Shown here: positions 1 through 9,621 of the stretch, one piece after another | Numbering within the stretch: position 1 is the stretch's first letter | Layout of the letters: each line of letters begins with the position of its first letter | Origin: Alphaproteobacteria bacterium HGW-Alphaproteobacteria-4 | Lineage (GTDB): Bacteria; Pseudomonadota; Alphaproteobacteria; Rhodobacterales; Rhodobacteraceae | Direction: 5' to 3' | Length of the DNA stretch: 64,000 nt | NCBI GenBank assembly: GCA_002842855.1 | Contig: PHEE01000007.1 | Location: forward strand, 1,139 to 65,138 | Program-made: the position numbers and the translations under genes | Notes under the pieces: model-generated | The model's database searches: none | What the model was told of the DNA's origin: nothing | What the model saw: the letters and a program-made list of their open reading frames with translations, nothing else

Positions 1-559
1 GCAAGATCGCGGGCGCGGTGAAGCCGCGCGCGAACAGCAGATCAAGCCCCAGCCGCACGCCCTGCACAATATCGCTGCCAACGCTTGGCAATGCCGGAAA
101 GCGGATCGCGCTGGAGCCGATGAGCACCGCTGGAATGTCGAAGCGGGTCACCTCATCGATAATGTCATGCACCGGGTTGACAATGACCCCGTCAACCCGC
201 GCCTTGATCAGCGCCCGCATGTGCTGGCGCTCGCGCTCGGGATCCCAGTCCGAATTGAAGATCAGAACAATCGTGCCATTTTGCCCGGCGGCATCCTGCG
301 CGCCACGCGCCACATCGGCCCAAAACGGGTTGGCGATGTCGGGAATGATAAGCCCGATCATCCCGGAGCGCCCGTTTCGCAAAGACTGCGCCAGATGGTT
401 GCGCTGGTAGCCATGCTTTTCCGCCACCGCATGCACCCGCTCGCGTGTCTCGGCGCTGATGTTTGTTGCCCCCGAGAGCGCGCGCGAGGCCGTGCTTTTG
501 GACACGCCAGCAAGCTGCGCGATGTCGACGATTGTCAGGCTCTGGCGCGGCTTCTTCAC
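1..559 (-). CDS. LacI-family transcriptional regulator (partial; 3' end lies outside the window)
   Basis: My own reverse-strand translation from GTG at 557-559 gives VKKPRQSLTIVDIAQLAGVSKSTASRALSGATNISAETRERVHAVAEKHGYQRN (LacI HTH), then the sugar-binding-fold core (GMIGLIIPDIANPFW...). There is no stop before base 1, so it is absent from the ORF track. Confidence 0.85.
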   Translation of the reverse strand, partial: MKKPRQSLTIVDIAQLAGVSKSTASRALSGATNISAETRERVHAVAEKHGYQRNHLAQSLRNGRSGMIGLIIPDIANPFWADVARGAQDAAGQNGTIVLIFNSDWDPERERQHMRALIKARVDGVIVNPVHDIIDEVTRFDIPAVLIGSSAIRFPALPSVGSDIVQGVRLGLDLLFARGFTAPAIL

Positions 560-617
560 GTCACCCCCGGCGGAAATGGCCTTGCGACTCGCATCCGATA
601 CGCAAGAGTAGCGCCCA

Positions 618-631
618 TGGGAACGTTCCCA
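618..631. promoter_or_regulatory. Perfect 14-bp palindrome TGGGAACGTTCCCA, LacI-type operator candidate
   Basis: Self-complementary with a central CG, the generic LacI/GalR operator shape. It lies in the divergent LacI/TRAP intergenic region, 59 bp upstream of the LacI start. Confidence 0.6.
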
Positions 632-968
632 CAAGAGGTTTCTTGCGGGCCGTTGTGCAGTAGGGGGGTTGGTGCGGCGCCGCGCGATGGCGCCGGTGGG
701 CCAACTTGTGCATGCAGAACGACAAATTCGTGTCGTGCATCAAAGCCTGAGCCGCGTGGCCCGGGCGAAAGACCATCGGGCCTGCCCCCGATTGTCACTA
801 GGGTCTTACGCGTCAGCAGTTGTCGGTACCGGTTTCGCCAACGCCCGCGCGGATCGCGGGGCTGGCGCGACTGCAAAAATCAGCCATTGACCGAAAAGCA
901 ATACAGCTGCATTGTATCGTGGAGGATGGAGGGTCGGGTGTAACCGACCTCATGATGGGAGGGCTTCA

Positions 969-1961
969 ATGAAACACCTGATGACTCTGACGGCACTTGC
1001 CTTGTTTTCCGCCTACGCACTGCCTGCAGCAGCCGAAACGCTGAAAGTTTCGAGCTACCTGCCGCCCAAGCACGCGCTCAACGCGATGATCGAGCAATGG
1101 GGCAAGGAGTTGGCCGAGAAGTCGGGCGGCAGCCTGACGCTGGAGCTGTATCCGGCAGCGCAGCTTGGACCGGTGAACCGGCAGTTCGACATGGCGGCCT
1201 CGGGCGCGGCCGATATCACGGTCGTGTTGCATAGCGCCACGCCGGGTCGGTTTCCGATGACCGAACTTGCCGGGTTGCCGTTGGCAGCACCCAGCGCGGG
1301 CAACGCCAGCGGCATCGCGTCGCCACGCCTGACGGCGCTGGCGGATGAGTTTCTGGCGGGCGAACATGCAGGCACCAAGATCTTGTGGATGGCGGTGACC
1401 CCGCCCTTGAAGATCAGCCTGAAAAAGGTCGAGCCGACCAACCTTGCTGTCTTCAAGGGGTTGCGCATCCGCTACGCCGGGCAGGTGTTCCAGAGCGTTC
1501 TGGAAACGCTTGGCGCCACGCCGCTGCCGGTGCCGCCCGCTGAGGTGCAAGAGGGGCTTTCCAAGGGCATCATCGACGGCACCCTGTTCCCTTATGAGGC
1601 GCTCAAGGCCTTTGATCTGGGCGCCGATCTGGCCTATTCGATGGAACCCGGCATCGCCTCGGCAACCTTCGCGGTGGTAATGAACCAGGCGAAATTCGAA
1701 AGCCTGACCGCCGATCAGCAAGCACTTATCGTGGCGACCACCGGCGTTGACCGCGCCGCTGCCTTTGGCGCGATGTGGGATGCGGGCGAAGAAGAGGGCA
1801 GGGCCTATGTGCAAAGCAAGGGTGTGAAGATCGTTACCCTTGCCGATGACCAGAAGGCAGCGCTTTTTGAAGCGATCACCCCGATCATCGATGCGACCAT
1901 CTCGGCCGTCGAGGCCACCGGCAAACCGGGGCGGGCGTTCTACACGGCCTACGTTCAGTAG
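969..1961 (+). CDS. TRAP transporter substrate-binding protein (DctP family)
   Basis: ORF 912..1961 trimmed to ATG 969 behind GGGAGGG. Signal peptide MKHLMTLTALALFSAYALPAAAE and DctP-like body. It is followed by Q and M subunit genes. Confidence 0.9.
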   Translation: MKHLMTLTALALFSAYALPAAAETLKVSSYLPPKHALNAMIEQWGKELAEKSGGSLTLELYPAAQLGPVNRQFDMAASGAADITVVLHSATPGRFPMTELAGLPLAAPSAGNASGIASPRLTALADEFLAGEHAGTKILWMAVTPPLKISLKKVEPTNLAVFKGLRIRYAGQVFQSVLETLGATPLPVPPAEVQEGLSKGIIDGTLFPYEALKAFDLGADLAYSMEPGIASATFAVVMNQAKFESLTADQQALIVATTGVDRAAAFGAMWDAGEEEGRAYVQSKGVKIVTLADDQKAALFEAITPIIDATISAVEATGKPGRAFYTAYVQ

Positions 1962-1969
1962 CAGACCAA

Positions 1970-2003
1970 AAGCATGACCCGAAGCGATTTTCGGGTCATG
2001 CTT
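1970..2003 (+). other. Intercistronic stem-loop after the TRAP binding-protein gene
   Basis: Perfect 14-bp arms AAGCATGACCCGAA / TTCGGGTCATGCTT with a 6-nt loop, 9 nt after the stop. No U-tract follows, so it is more likely an mRNA stabiliser or attenuator than a full terminator. Confidence 0.55.
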
Positions 2004-2041
2004 GCACTGAGCGTGGCGGATTCGTGAAGGGGGGCGCATCA

Positions 2042-2575
2042 ATGTCTGAAAAACCGGTGGCGGCACTATTGCGCATCAGCCAAACCATCGTGCGTGTCCA
2101 GCTTTGGGTGGCAATGGCTGCGCTGGTGCTGATGATGGCGGTGGTGGTTTCCGATGTTGCCATGCGCCAGTTGTTCAACCACCCGGTCAAGGGCGCCTAT
2201 GATGCGGTTGGCATCTTGCTGGGAGTATCGGTGTTCTATGCCATCGCTTCGGTAATCGCGTCGCGGCAGGAAATTGTCATCGACCTGATCGACGGCATGT
2301 TGCCACCGCGCGCCCTGTCCGCGCTGAAGAGGTTTGCAGGCCTGCTGTCAGCGCTGGTGCTGACTTTCATCTTTTACGCCATGCTCACGCCCGCGCAGGA
2401 GGCATATCGTTACGGTGATATAAGCCTTGAACTGCGGATACCGCTCTGGACTGTGTGGGTGGTCGCATTGGTCGGCATGGCGGGGGGCATTCTGGCGTCA
2501 TTGATGTTGCAGATTGCGCCGCACGGGTTGCAGCCTGCGGGCGCGCCCGATGTAACGGGAGACCACTTCGAATGA
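2042..2575 (+). CDS. TRAP transporter small permease (DctQ family)
   Basis: ORF 2024..2575. ATG 2042 follows AAGGGGGG. Hydrophobic protein of about 177 aa with four predicted TM helices, positioned between the P and M subunit genes. Confidence 0.85.
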   Translation: MSEKPVAALLRISQTIVRVQLWVAMAALVLMMAVVVSDVAMRQLFNHPVKGAYDAVGILLGVSVFYAIASVIASRQEIVIDLIDGMLPPRALSALKRFAGLLSALVLTFIFYAMLTPAQEAYRYGDISLELRIPLWTVWVVALVGMAGGILASLMLQIAPHGLQPAGAPDVTGDHFE

Positions 2576-3873
2576 CCCCTGCGGTGCTTGGCCTTCTGGT
2601 TATCGGGCTGTTGTTCGTCATGCTGCTGGCCCGAATGCCGGTGTGGCTGACGCTGGCGCTTTGCGGCATCGGCGGCAATCTGGTGATGTCGAACTTTGTG
2701 GTGGCGAAGTCACTGGCGGGCACGACACCTTTCGATGTGTCGAACTCTTACGGGCTTTCGGTGATACCGCTGTTCATCCTGATGGGCGAGATAGCCACCG
2801 GAACACGGCTTTCGGCCGAGCTGTTTCAGGCCGCGCGGGTGATCCTGTCGGGGTTGCGAGGCGGGCTTGCGATTGCCTCGATCGGGGCCTCGGGGTTGTT
2901 TGGTGCGGTCTGCGGCTCTTCAGTCGCCACCGCTGCCACCATGACCCGGATCGCGTTGCCCGAAATGCGCAAATCGCGCTATGAAGATGGCTACGCGGCC
3001 TCGGCCATCGCGGCGGGCGGCAGCCTTGGCATTCTGATTCCGCCCTCGATCATCCTGATCATTTACGGTGCCATTGCCGAGCAATCGATACGCAAGCTGT
3101 TCGCGGCGGCACTGCTGCCGGGCATCGTGCTGATGCTGCTTTATATCGTGGTGGCAATGGTGATTGCAGCGCGGGTGCCGGGCAAGGTGCCCGCCGACGC
3201 GCCTGCAAGCGCGCGCGCAAGGCTGCGCGCACTGCGCGACCCCTGGCAGTTCGTGGTGCTGTTCACCGTCACCATCGGCGGCATCTATGCCGGGGTTTTC
3301 AGCCCGAACGAGGCTGCCGCGATCGGCGCCTTTGGCGCCGTCGTGATTGGCGTGGCGGGCCGCAGGGTAACGCTGCGCAAGCTGCTGGAAGCGGTCCGCA
3401 CCACCGCGATCACCAGCACCGTGCTGTTCATGATCATGATCGGCGCAACGATGTTTTCCAACTTCGTGGTGCAAACGCGGCTGCCGCATGTGCTGCTGGA
3501 CATCGCGCAGTCGTTCAATTTGCCGGGTTGGGGCGTGATGGTGCTGATCGTGGTGATCTACATCATTCTGGGCTGCTTTCTGGAAGGCATCGGCATGGTT
3601 CTGGTGACGGTTCCGGTATTTCTGCCGATCGTTGTGGGCTACGGCTATGACCCGATCTGGTTTGCGGTGATCGTGGTGATAGTGGTGGAACTGGGGCTGA
3701 TCCATCCACCCGTCGGCATGAACCTGTTCGTGATTCAGGCACAGGTGCCAGACCTCAGGATCTCGCAGCTTTACATCGGCATCTTGCCGTTTCTGCTGGC
3801 GCCGTTTGCGCTGATCGCGCTGCTGTTCTTCTTTCCGGCCATCGCGATGTGGTTGCCCGGGCTGATGCGCTAG
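2572..3873 (+). CDS. TRAP transporter large permease (DctM family)
   Basis: ATG 2572 overlaps the dctQ-like stop (ATGA). Polytopic membrane protein of 433 aa with a DctM-like sequence (MTPAVLGLLVIGLLFVMLLARMPVW...). Confidence 0.9.
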   Translation: MTPAVLGLLVIGLLFVMLLARMPVWLTLALCGIGGNLVMSNFVVAKSLAGTTPFDVSNSYGLSVIPLFILMGEIATGTRLSAELFQAARVILSGLRGGLAIASIGASGLFGAVCGSSVATAATMTRIALPEMRKSRYEDGYAASAIAAGGSLGILIPPSIILIIYGAIAEQSIRKLFAAALLPGIVLMLLYIVVAMVIAARVPGKVPADAPASARARLRALRDPWQFVVLFTVTIGGIYAGVFSPNEAAAIGAFGAVVIGVAGRRVTLRKLLEAVRTTAITSTVLFMIMIGATMFSNFVVQTRLPHVLLDIAQSFNLPGWGVMVLIVVIYIILGCFLEGIGMVLVTVPVFLPIVVGYGYDPIWFAVIVVIVVELGLIHPPVGMNLFVIQAQVPDLRISQLYIGILPFLLAPFALIALLFFFPAIAMWLPGLMR

Positions 3874-3881
3874 GGGGCAGC

Positions 3882-4847
3882 ATGAAAGACAGGTTTCTGA
3901 TCGTCGACAAAGACGCGGAATGGTTTGCGCGTGAATTGCGCGCTTCATTTCGCGGTGTCGAGTTTATTGCGGCATCGGATCCGGCTTCGGCAATGGCATT
4001 CGCAGCCGGTGCGCAGGTGCTGATCGGTTTGGCGCCCGCCTTGCCCGCCAGCCTGATCGCCGCGATGCCGCGCCTAGCTTGGGTGCATGCGCTAACTACC
4101 GGGGTCGACAATCTGCTGGCGATGCCAGAACTCGGAATCGAGGTCGCGCTCTCGTCGTCGCGCGGCATTCATGGGCCGCAGATGTCGGAGCTGGCGATCT
4201 TGCTTATGCTCAGCCTCGGGCGACGCTTGCCGCAGATGTTGGCGAACCAGAGCGCACAGGTCTGGCAGCGCTGGCCGCAGCCGCTGTTGGCTGGCAAGAC
4301 CGCGTGTCTGGTCGGGTTGGGTGCGATTGCCGAGGCGTTGGCCGCGCGCCTGCACGCCTTTGGTGTAACCGTGACCGGGGTATCAGACGGGCGCGGTGAG
4401 GTGACGGGGTTTGCCCGCATATTCCCGCGCGCGCGATTGCGCGAGGCGGCGGCCGAGGCGGATTTTCTGGTGGTGATCGTGCCTTATGCGCCGCAGACGC
4501 ACCATCTGGTAAACGATGCAGTGCTGGCGGCGATGCCCGCGCGGGCCTTTCTCATCAACATCTCGCGCGGCGGCTGCGTTGACGAAGCGGCGCTTCTGCG
4601 GCATCTGGCGACGGGCAGCATCGCCGGGGCCGGGCTCGATGTTTTTGCCACCGAGCCGCTGCCGCCGGGGCACCCGATCTGGTCGGCGCCCAATGTCATC
4701 ATCACCCCACATGTCGGCGGCATGAGCGATACCTATGCCGCGCAAGCGCTGCCGGTGCTCGCGCGCAACATTGCGGCGTTCCTTGCGGGCGGCGTGAATG
4801 CGCTGCCCGACAGGGTGGCCCGCCCAGCCGAAAGCCCCAGACAATGA
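3882..4847 (+). CDS. D-isomer-specific 2-hydroxyacid dehydrogenase family protein
   Basis: ORF 3849..4847, ATG 3882. NAD-binding LVGLGAIAEAL motif and a C-terminal catalytic segment ...NVIITPHVGG... Confidence 0.85.
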   Translation: MKDRFLIVDKDAEWFARELRASFRGVEFIAASDPASAMAFAAGAQVLIGLAPALPASLIAAMPRLAWVHALTTGVDNLLAMPELGIEVALSSSRGIHGPQMSELAILLMLSLGRRLPQMLANQSAQVWQRWPQPLLAGKTACLVGLGAIAEALAARLHAFGVTVTGVSDGRGEVTGFARIFPRARLREAAAEADFLVVIVPYAPQTHHLVNDAVLAAMPARAFLINISRGGCVDEAALLRHLATGSIAGAGLDVFATEPLPPGHPIWSAPNVIITPHVGGMSDTYAAQALPVLARNIAAFLAGGVNALPDRVARPAESPRQ

Positions 4848-6022
4848 CCCCACCCGACCTTCACCACCCGATTTCGGACGCCGAACTTGCCCGCCGCTGG
4901 GCGGCCGTGCGCACCGCGATGGCCGCCGAAGGGCTCGATGCGCTGGTGATGCAGAATGCAAGCGACTGGCTCGGCGGCTATGTGCGCTGGTTTACCGGCC
5001 TGCCCGCCACCAACGGCTACCCGCGAACGGTGATCTTTTACGCCGACCGCCCGATGAGCGTGGTTGAAATGGGCGAGTTTGGCGGGCTGCGCGATCTGGG
5101 CGGTGCGGATGCGCTGCACCGGGGCGTGGGCCACATGGCCACCACGCCTTCGTTCTTTTCGGTCGGATATAGTACCGGTTACGACGCGGCATTGGTGGTC
5201 GATGAACTGGCGCGCGCCGGCGTGACCCTGCTGGGGCTGCTTACCCCCGGTGCGCTGCCCTCGGCGTTGACCGCCGCGCTGGCGGGGTATGCGCCGGTCG
5301 ATGCCACCGATCTGGTGGACCGGATCAAGGCGGTGAAAAGCGCCGAAGAGATCGGCCTGATCAAAGCCTCTGCCGCTTTGCAAGATCAGGTTCTTGCTGC
5401 GGTGTGCGGTTTCATCCGCCCTGGCATGACCGACAACGAAGTGGTCAATTTCGCGCAGGCCGAGGCGCATCGTCTGGGGTCGGACCAGGGCATTTTCATC
5501 GGGTCATCGGCGCCGCTTGGGGTGGCCGCGCGTTTCAAGCCGCGCCACTTGCAAGGCCGCGCCATCGCCAAGGGCGAGCATTTCTCGCTGCTGATCGAGG
5601 TCAACGGCCCCGGAGGCATGTATACCGAGATTGCGCGCACGCTGGTGCTGGGCCGTGCCAGCAGCGAACTGCGCGACCATTTCGCTGCCGTAAAGGCCGC
5701 GCAAGACCATACCCTGTCGCTGATCCGCCCCGGCGCGCTGCCCGCAGATATCGCGCGCGCGCATGACGACTGGATGCGTGCCCACGGGTTGCCCCCCGAG
5801 ATCAGGCTTTATGCGCACGGTCAGGGCTATGACATGGTCGAGCGCCCGCTGATACGGCGCGACGAAACCTTGCCGTTGGCCGAAGGCATGTGCCTTGCGG
5901 TGCATCCGGGCTATGACGACGGCACGGTGTTTGCTGTCATCTGCGACAATTACATGGTCGGCGCGACGGGGCCCGGCCCCTGCCTGCACCGCACCCCCAA
6001 ACAGATCATCGAGATAGACTGA
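4844..6022 (+). CDS. M24-family metallopeptidase (Xaa-Pro dipeptidase/creatinase-like)
   Basis: 392-aa ORF whose start overlaps the upstream stop. Creatinase/prolidase-type N-domain plus a pita-bread C-domain. Confidence 0.75.
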   Translation: MTPPDLHHPISDAELARRWAAVRTAMAAEGLDALVMQNASDWLGGYVRWFTGLPATNGYPRTVIFYADRPMSVVEMGEFGGLRDLGGADALHRGVGHMATTPSFFSVGYSTGYDAALVVDELARAGVTLLGLLTPGALPSALTAALAGYAPVDATDLVDRIKAVKSAEEIGLIKASAALQDQVLAAVCGFIRPGMTDNEVVNFAQAEAHRLGSDQGIFIGSSAPLGVAARFKPRHLQGRAIAKGEHFSLLIEVNGPGGMYTEIARTLVLGRASSELRDHFAAVKAAQDHTLSLIRPGALPADIARAHDDWMRAHGLPPEIRLYAHGQGYDMVERPLIRRDETLPLAEGMCLAVHPGYDDGTVFAVICDNYMVGATGPGPCLHRTPKQIIEID

Positions 6023-6039
6023 GCCGCAGAGAGGCCCCA

Positions 6040-6999
6040 ATGACCCCAAAGATCGCGCTTGAAGAGCATTTTCTGGCCCCCGGCTTCGAGGAGTATTTTG
6101 CGAAAACCGCGATCAACATCAGCCCTGCGCTGTTTGGCAAGGCCGCCGCTGCGCTGACCGATTTTGGCGACCGGCGGTTGGCGGCGATGGACCAGATCGG
6201 GGTTGAAACCGCCGTGCTGTCGCTGGCTGGCCCCGGTGTTCAGGCCGAAACCGAAACCGCCACCGCCATTGCCAAAGCCAAGGGCTGCAACGATTTTCTT
6301 GCCCGCCACATGGCCGACAGCAAGGGCCGCTACAGCGGTTTCGCACATCTGCCGACGCAAGACCCCGCTGCCGCCGCCGATGAGTTGCAGCGGTGCGTGC
6401 GCGATCTTGGTTATGTCGGCGCGATGATCAATGGCCAGACCAACGGTGCCTATCTGGATGATGACCGCTTTTCGGTTCTGTGGGAACGTGCCGCCGATCT
6501 TGGCGTGCCGATCTACATTCACCCCTATAACCCACCCGATTTTCCTTACATGTTCCACGGCCACCCCGAACTTTTTGGGCCGGTCTGGTCGTGGACGGTG
6601 GAAACCGGCAACCATGCACTGCGGCTGGTGTTTGGCGGCGTCTTTGACCGCTTCCCCAAGGCCAAGTTGCTGCTTGGGCATATGGGCGAGACGCTGCCCT
6701 ATCAGCTTTGGCGTTTCGACAGCCGGTGGGAGATTTCGAACCGGGGCACCCGCCGCCTTGCGCGCAAGCCCTCGGAGTATTTTCACCGCAACATCTGGGT
6801 GACCACTGCCGGGGTCTGCTCGGATGAGCCGCTGCGCTGCGCGATTGATGCGATGGGGTGTGACCGGGTGCTTTTCTCGGTCGATTATCCGTTCGAGCGC
6901 GCCTCGGAGGCGGGCGAATGGATCGAGGCGGCGCCAATTAGCGCGGATGAACGCGCCGCAATCTGCCACGGAAATGCACGCGCGCTGCTAGGGCTTTGA
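6040..6999 (+). CDS. Amidohydrolase-2 family protein (ACMSD/LigW-like non-oxidative decarboxylase type)
   Basis: N-terminal MTPKIALEEHF motif typical of this family; 319 aa. Confidence 0.75.
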   Translation: MTPKIALEEHFLAPGFEEYFAKTAINISPALFGKAAAALTDFGDRRLAAMDQIGVETAVLSLAGPGVQAETETATAIAKAKGCNDFLARHMADSKGRYSGFAHLPTQDPAAAADELQRCVRDLGYVGAMINGQTNGAYLDDDRFSVLWERAADLGVPIYIHPYNPPDFPYMFHGHPELFGPVWSWTVETGNHALRLVFGGVFDRFPKAKLLLGHMGETLPYQLWRFDSRWEISNRGTRRLARKPSEYFHRNIWVTTAGVCSDEPLRCAIDAMGCDRVLFSVDYPFERASEAGEWIEAAPISADERAAICHGNARALLGL

Positions 7000-7032
7000 C
7001 GCAATCTGTACCCATTAGACCGGGAAGAACCC

Positions 7033-7821
7033 ATGCTTGAACTTTACCACGCAGCCAGCAGCGTCTGTTCCATCAAGGTTCGGCTGGTGCTGGCGGAAAA
7101 GGCGCTGGAATGGCGCGGCCACTTGCTCAACCTCAGTGCGGGCGAGCAGTTTAGGCCCGATTATCTGCGGCTGAACCCCGAGGCGGTGGTGCCGACGCTG
7201 GTGCATGCGGGGCGGGTGATCCTGGAGTCGAGCGTCATAGCGGAATACCTTGACCGGCTGAGTGATACCAACCCCTTGATGCCGCGTGACATTGGCGCCG
7301 AATTCGCAACCCGGCACTGGTTGATCCGCTGCATCGCCATTCACGAGGCGATCAATTCGCTGTCGTTTGCAACGCTGATGCGGCAGCGCGAACGTGCGGC
7401 CTTCAGCGCCGCCGAAATCGAGGCCCGGCAGAACCAGATTCCAAACCCGCAGGTGCGCGCCAAGCGGCGCGATCTGTGGCAGCACGGCACCGGGTCGGTC
7501 TATGCGAAGGGCGCGCTGCATGTGCTGCGGCGGGTGTTTGAAGACATGGCAGCGGCGCTGGCGCGTGATGAATGGCTGGCCGGTCCGGGTTTTGGTTTGG
7601 CGGACGCAGCGCTTTTGCCCTATATCGACCGGCTGGAGCGGCTGGGCATGGCCGGGTTGTGGCAGTCGGAGTTCCCGGCGGTTGGGGCGTGGCTTGCCGC
7701 CGTGCAACGGCGGCCAAGCTATGACGTATCGGTGGCCGCCTTTGTCCCGGCGTCCGAAGCCGACGCGGTGCGCCAGATTGGCGCCGCGCACTGGCCTGCC
7801 ATTGCCGCGCTCTGGAACTGA
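7033..7821 (+). CDS. Glutathione S-transferase family protein
   Basis: The N-terminal thioredoxin-like GST domain shows the LNPEAVVPTL and ESSVIAEYL motifs; 262 aa. Confidence 0.8.
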   Translation: MLELYHAASSVCSIKVRLVLAEKALEWRGHLLNLSAGEQFRPDYLRLNPEAVVPTLVHAGRVILESSVIAEYLDRLSDTNPLMPRDIGAEFATRHWLIRCIAIHEAINSLSFATLMRQRERAAFSAAEIEARQNQIPNPQVRAKRRDLWQHGTGSVYAKGALHVLRRVFEDMAAALARDEWLAGPGFGLADAALLPYIDRLERLGMAGLWQSEFPAVGAWLAAVQRRPSYDVSVAAFVPASEADAVRQIGAAHWPAIAALWN

Positions 7822-7832
7822 CTTTTGCGCGC

Positions 7833-8588
7833 CTAGCTGAAGCCGACCTTGCGGATGTCTTGCAGCAGTTTGGCAAGCTGCGCCTCAAGCGTGGGCAGAC
7901 CGGCAGCAAAGCGCGCGCTCGGCACCGGAATCGAGACCGCGTAGATCAGCCCCGTGGGGTCGCGAAAGGCGGTGCCGATGGCCGAAATGCCCTCGGTATG
8001 CTCATCATGGTCAAGCGCAAACTCACCCGCCCGGATGCGCTCGACCTGCGCCATGACCCGCGCCACCTTGGCCTCGTCGCCCGCAAACTCGCGCAGCAGC
8101 ACACCGCGGGCGGTATCGTCGCTGCCTAGCGCCAGCGCCGCCTTGCCATTGGCGGTAGTGCCCATCGGAAACACCTCGCCCACCGCCGATACCGTGCGCA
8201 GCCGATGCGATCCTGCGGCCTGATCGACAAAGATCATGGCGCCGTTGCGCATGACCGCAAGATCGACCGTTTCGCCGGTAGCACGCGAGGTGCGCGCCAG
8301 AACCGGGTGCAGGATTTCGGCGGCATCGATCTGCCCCGCCTTGGCAAGCGATTGAATCTCGGGGCCAAGCCGATAGCCGCTGGCGGGCGACGACATCATC
8401 ACCAGGCCCTCGTCGATCAACGCGTTGACGATGCGCTGCACGGTCGAGCGCGGCAACTCGACCCGGTCAGCGATCTGGCCAAGGCTCATTCCGGTATTTT
8501 CATGCTTGAGCGCACGCAACACGTCGGCGGCGCGGGCAATCACCTGAATGCCCTGCGCACGGCGAATATCTGGCGTTTCTGTATTCAC
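7833..8588 (-). CDS. IclR-family transcriptional regulator
   Basis: ORF 7833..8732 trimmed to GTG 8588 (VNTETPDIRRAQGIQVIARAADVLRAL...). wHTH segment MSLGQIADRVELPRSTVQRIVNALIDEGLV and an IclR effector domain. Confidence 0.85.
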   Translation of the reverse strand: MNTETPDIRRAQGIQVIARAADVLRALKHENTGMSLGQIADRVELPRSTVQRIVNALIDEGLVMMSSPASGYRLGPEIQSLAKAGQIDAAEILHPVLARTSRATGETVDLAVMRNGAMIFVDQAAGSHRLRTVSAVGEVFPMGTTANGKAALALGSDDTARGVLLREFAGDEAKVARVMAQVERIRAGEFALDHDEHTEGISAIGTAFRDPTGLIYAVSIPVPSARFAAGLPTLEAQLAKLLQDIRKVGFS

Positions 8589-8662
8589 GGCTCTCAGGTT
8601 CCCGATTGACGGCCTGACATTGCACCTTTGTGCGGCTGAGGCAAGGTGCAGCGCATGGCGCC

Positions 8663-8691
8663 TTGACAATACACTAGTATTGTATTGTGAT
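8663..8691 (+). promoter_or_regulatory. Sigma70-like promoter (TTGACA-N17-TGTGAT) overlapped by inverted repeat ACAATAC-ACTA-GTATTGT (8666-8683), probable IclR operator
   Basis: Read directly in the AT-richer divergent region between the IclR gene and the cyclase operon. The 7-bp perfect arms overlap the -35 element. Confidence 0.5.
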
Positions 8692-8725
8692 ACGGTCAAA
8701 CCAAATACAAGACAGGGAGCACAGC

Positions 8726-9565
8726 ATGACAATCAAGGTTCGGGGAATCTCGTTCGAGGACAACCTCGACAACTCGATGGGCATCGAGTTCTACAACCTC
8801 AGCCATCGGTTCGGCTTTCAAAACCCGAACTGGCCGTATTTTCAGGATACGCAGATCGAGCGGATTCACTACATGGCGAAATCGGGCGTGTTGAGCCAGC
8901 GCATCACCACCACGATGCACGCCACCACCCATATCGACGCACCCGCACATGTGGTGCAGGGCACGCCCTTCATCGACGAAGTGCCGCTGCCGCATTTCTT
9001 CGGCACCGGCCTTGTGGTCTCGATGCCGAAAAAGAAATGGGAGCCGATTACCGGCGAAGATCTGGAAAAGGCCTGCGGCCACGCAATCCGCAAGGGCGAT
9101 GTGCTGATCCTCAACACCGGCTGGCACAAGCAATATGAAGATGGCGATTATTTTGCCTATTGCCCTGGCTTTGTTCCCTCGGCGGGCGAGTGGATGGTGA
9201 AGAAGGGCGTCAAGGTTGTCGGTCACGATACGCAGGCCAACGACCACCCGCTTGCCACCGCGATCGGGCCGCAGCGCAACGGGCCGCTGCTGCCGCATCT
9301 GCAAAAGGAATACTTCGAATGGTCCGGCGGGCGCGACTGGAAAGACGATTTCCCCGACTGGGAGCCAGTGCACCAGATTCTGTTCAAGAACGGCATTCTG
9401 GGCATCGAGAACGTCGGCGGCGATCTTGATGCCGTCACCGGCAAGCGCTGCACATTCGCCTTCTTCCCGTGGAACTGGGACCGGGGCGATGGCTGCATCA
9501 TCCGCCTTGTGGCGATGATAGACCGGTCGCAAGGCTACCGCATCGAGGCGGGTGAAGCGTTCTGA
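8726..9565 (+). CDS. Cyclase-family protein (arylformamidase/kynurenine formamidase-like fold)
   Basis: ATG 8726 behind AGGGAG. Metal-binding segment MHATTHIDAPAH and GDVLILNTGW, typical of the putative cyclase family. Confidence 0.75.
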   Translation: MTIKVRGISFEDNLDNSMGIEFYNLSHRFGFQNPNWPYFQDTQIERIHYMAKSGVLSQRITTTMHATTHIDAPAHVVQGTPFIDEVPLPHFFGTGLVVSMPKKKWEPITGEDLEKACGHAIRKGDVLILNTGWHKQYEDGDYFAYCPGFVPSAGEWMVKKGVKVVGHDTQANDHPLATAIGPQRNGPLLPHLQKEYFEWSGGRDWKDDFPDWEPVHQILFKNGILGIENVGGDLDAVTGKRCTFAFFPWNWDRGDGCIIRLVAMIDRSQGYRIEAGEAF

Positions 9566-9621
9566 GCACCTGTGCCGCCGGGTCTTGCCGGCGCACTCCA
9601 AAACGCTCCGGGGAGGATGCG

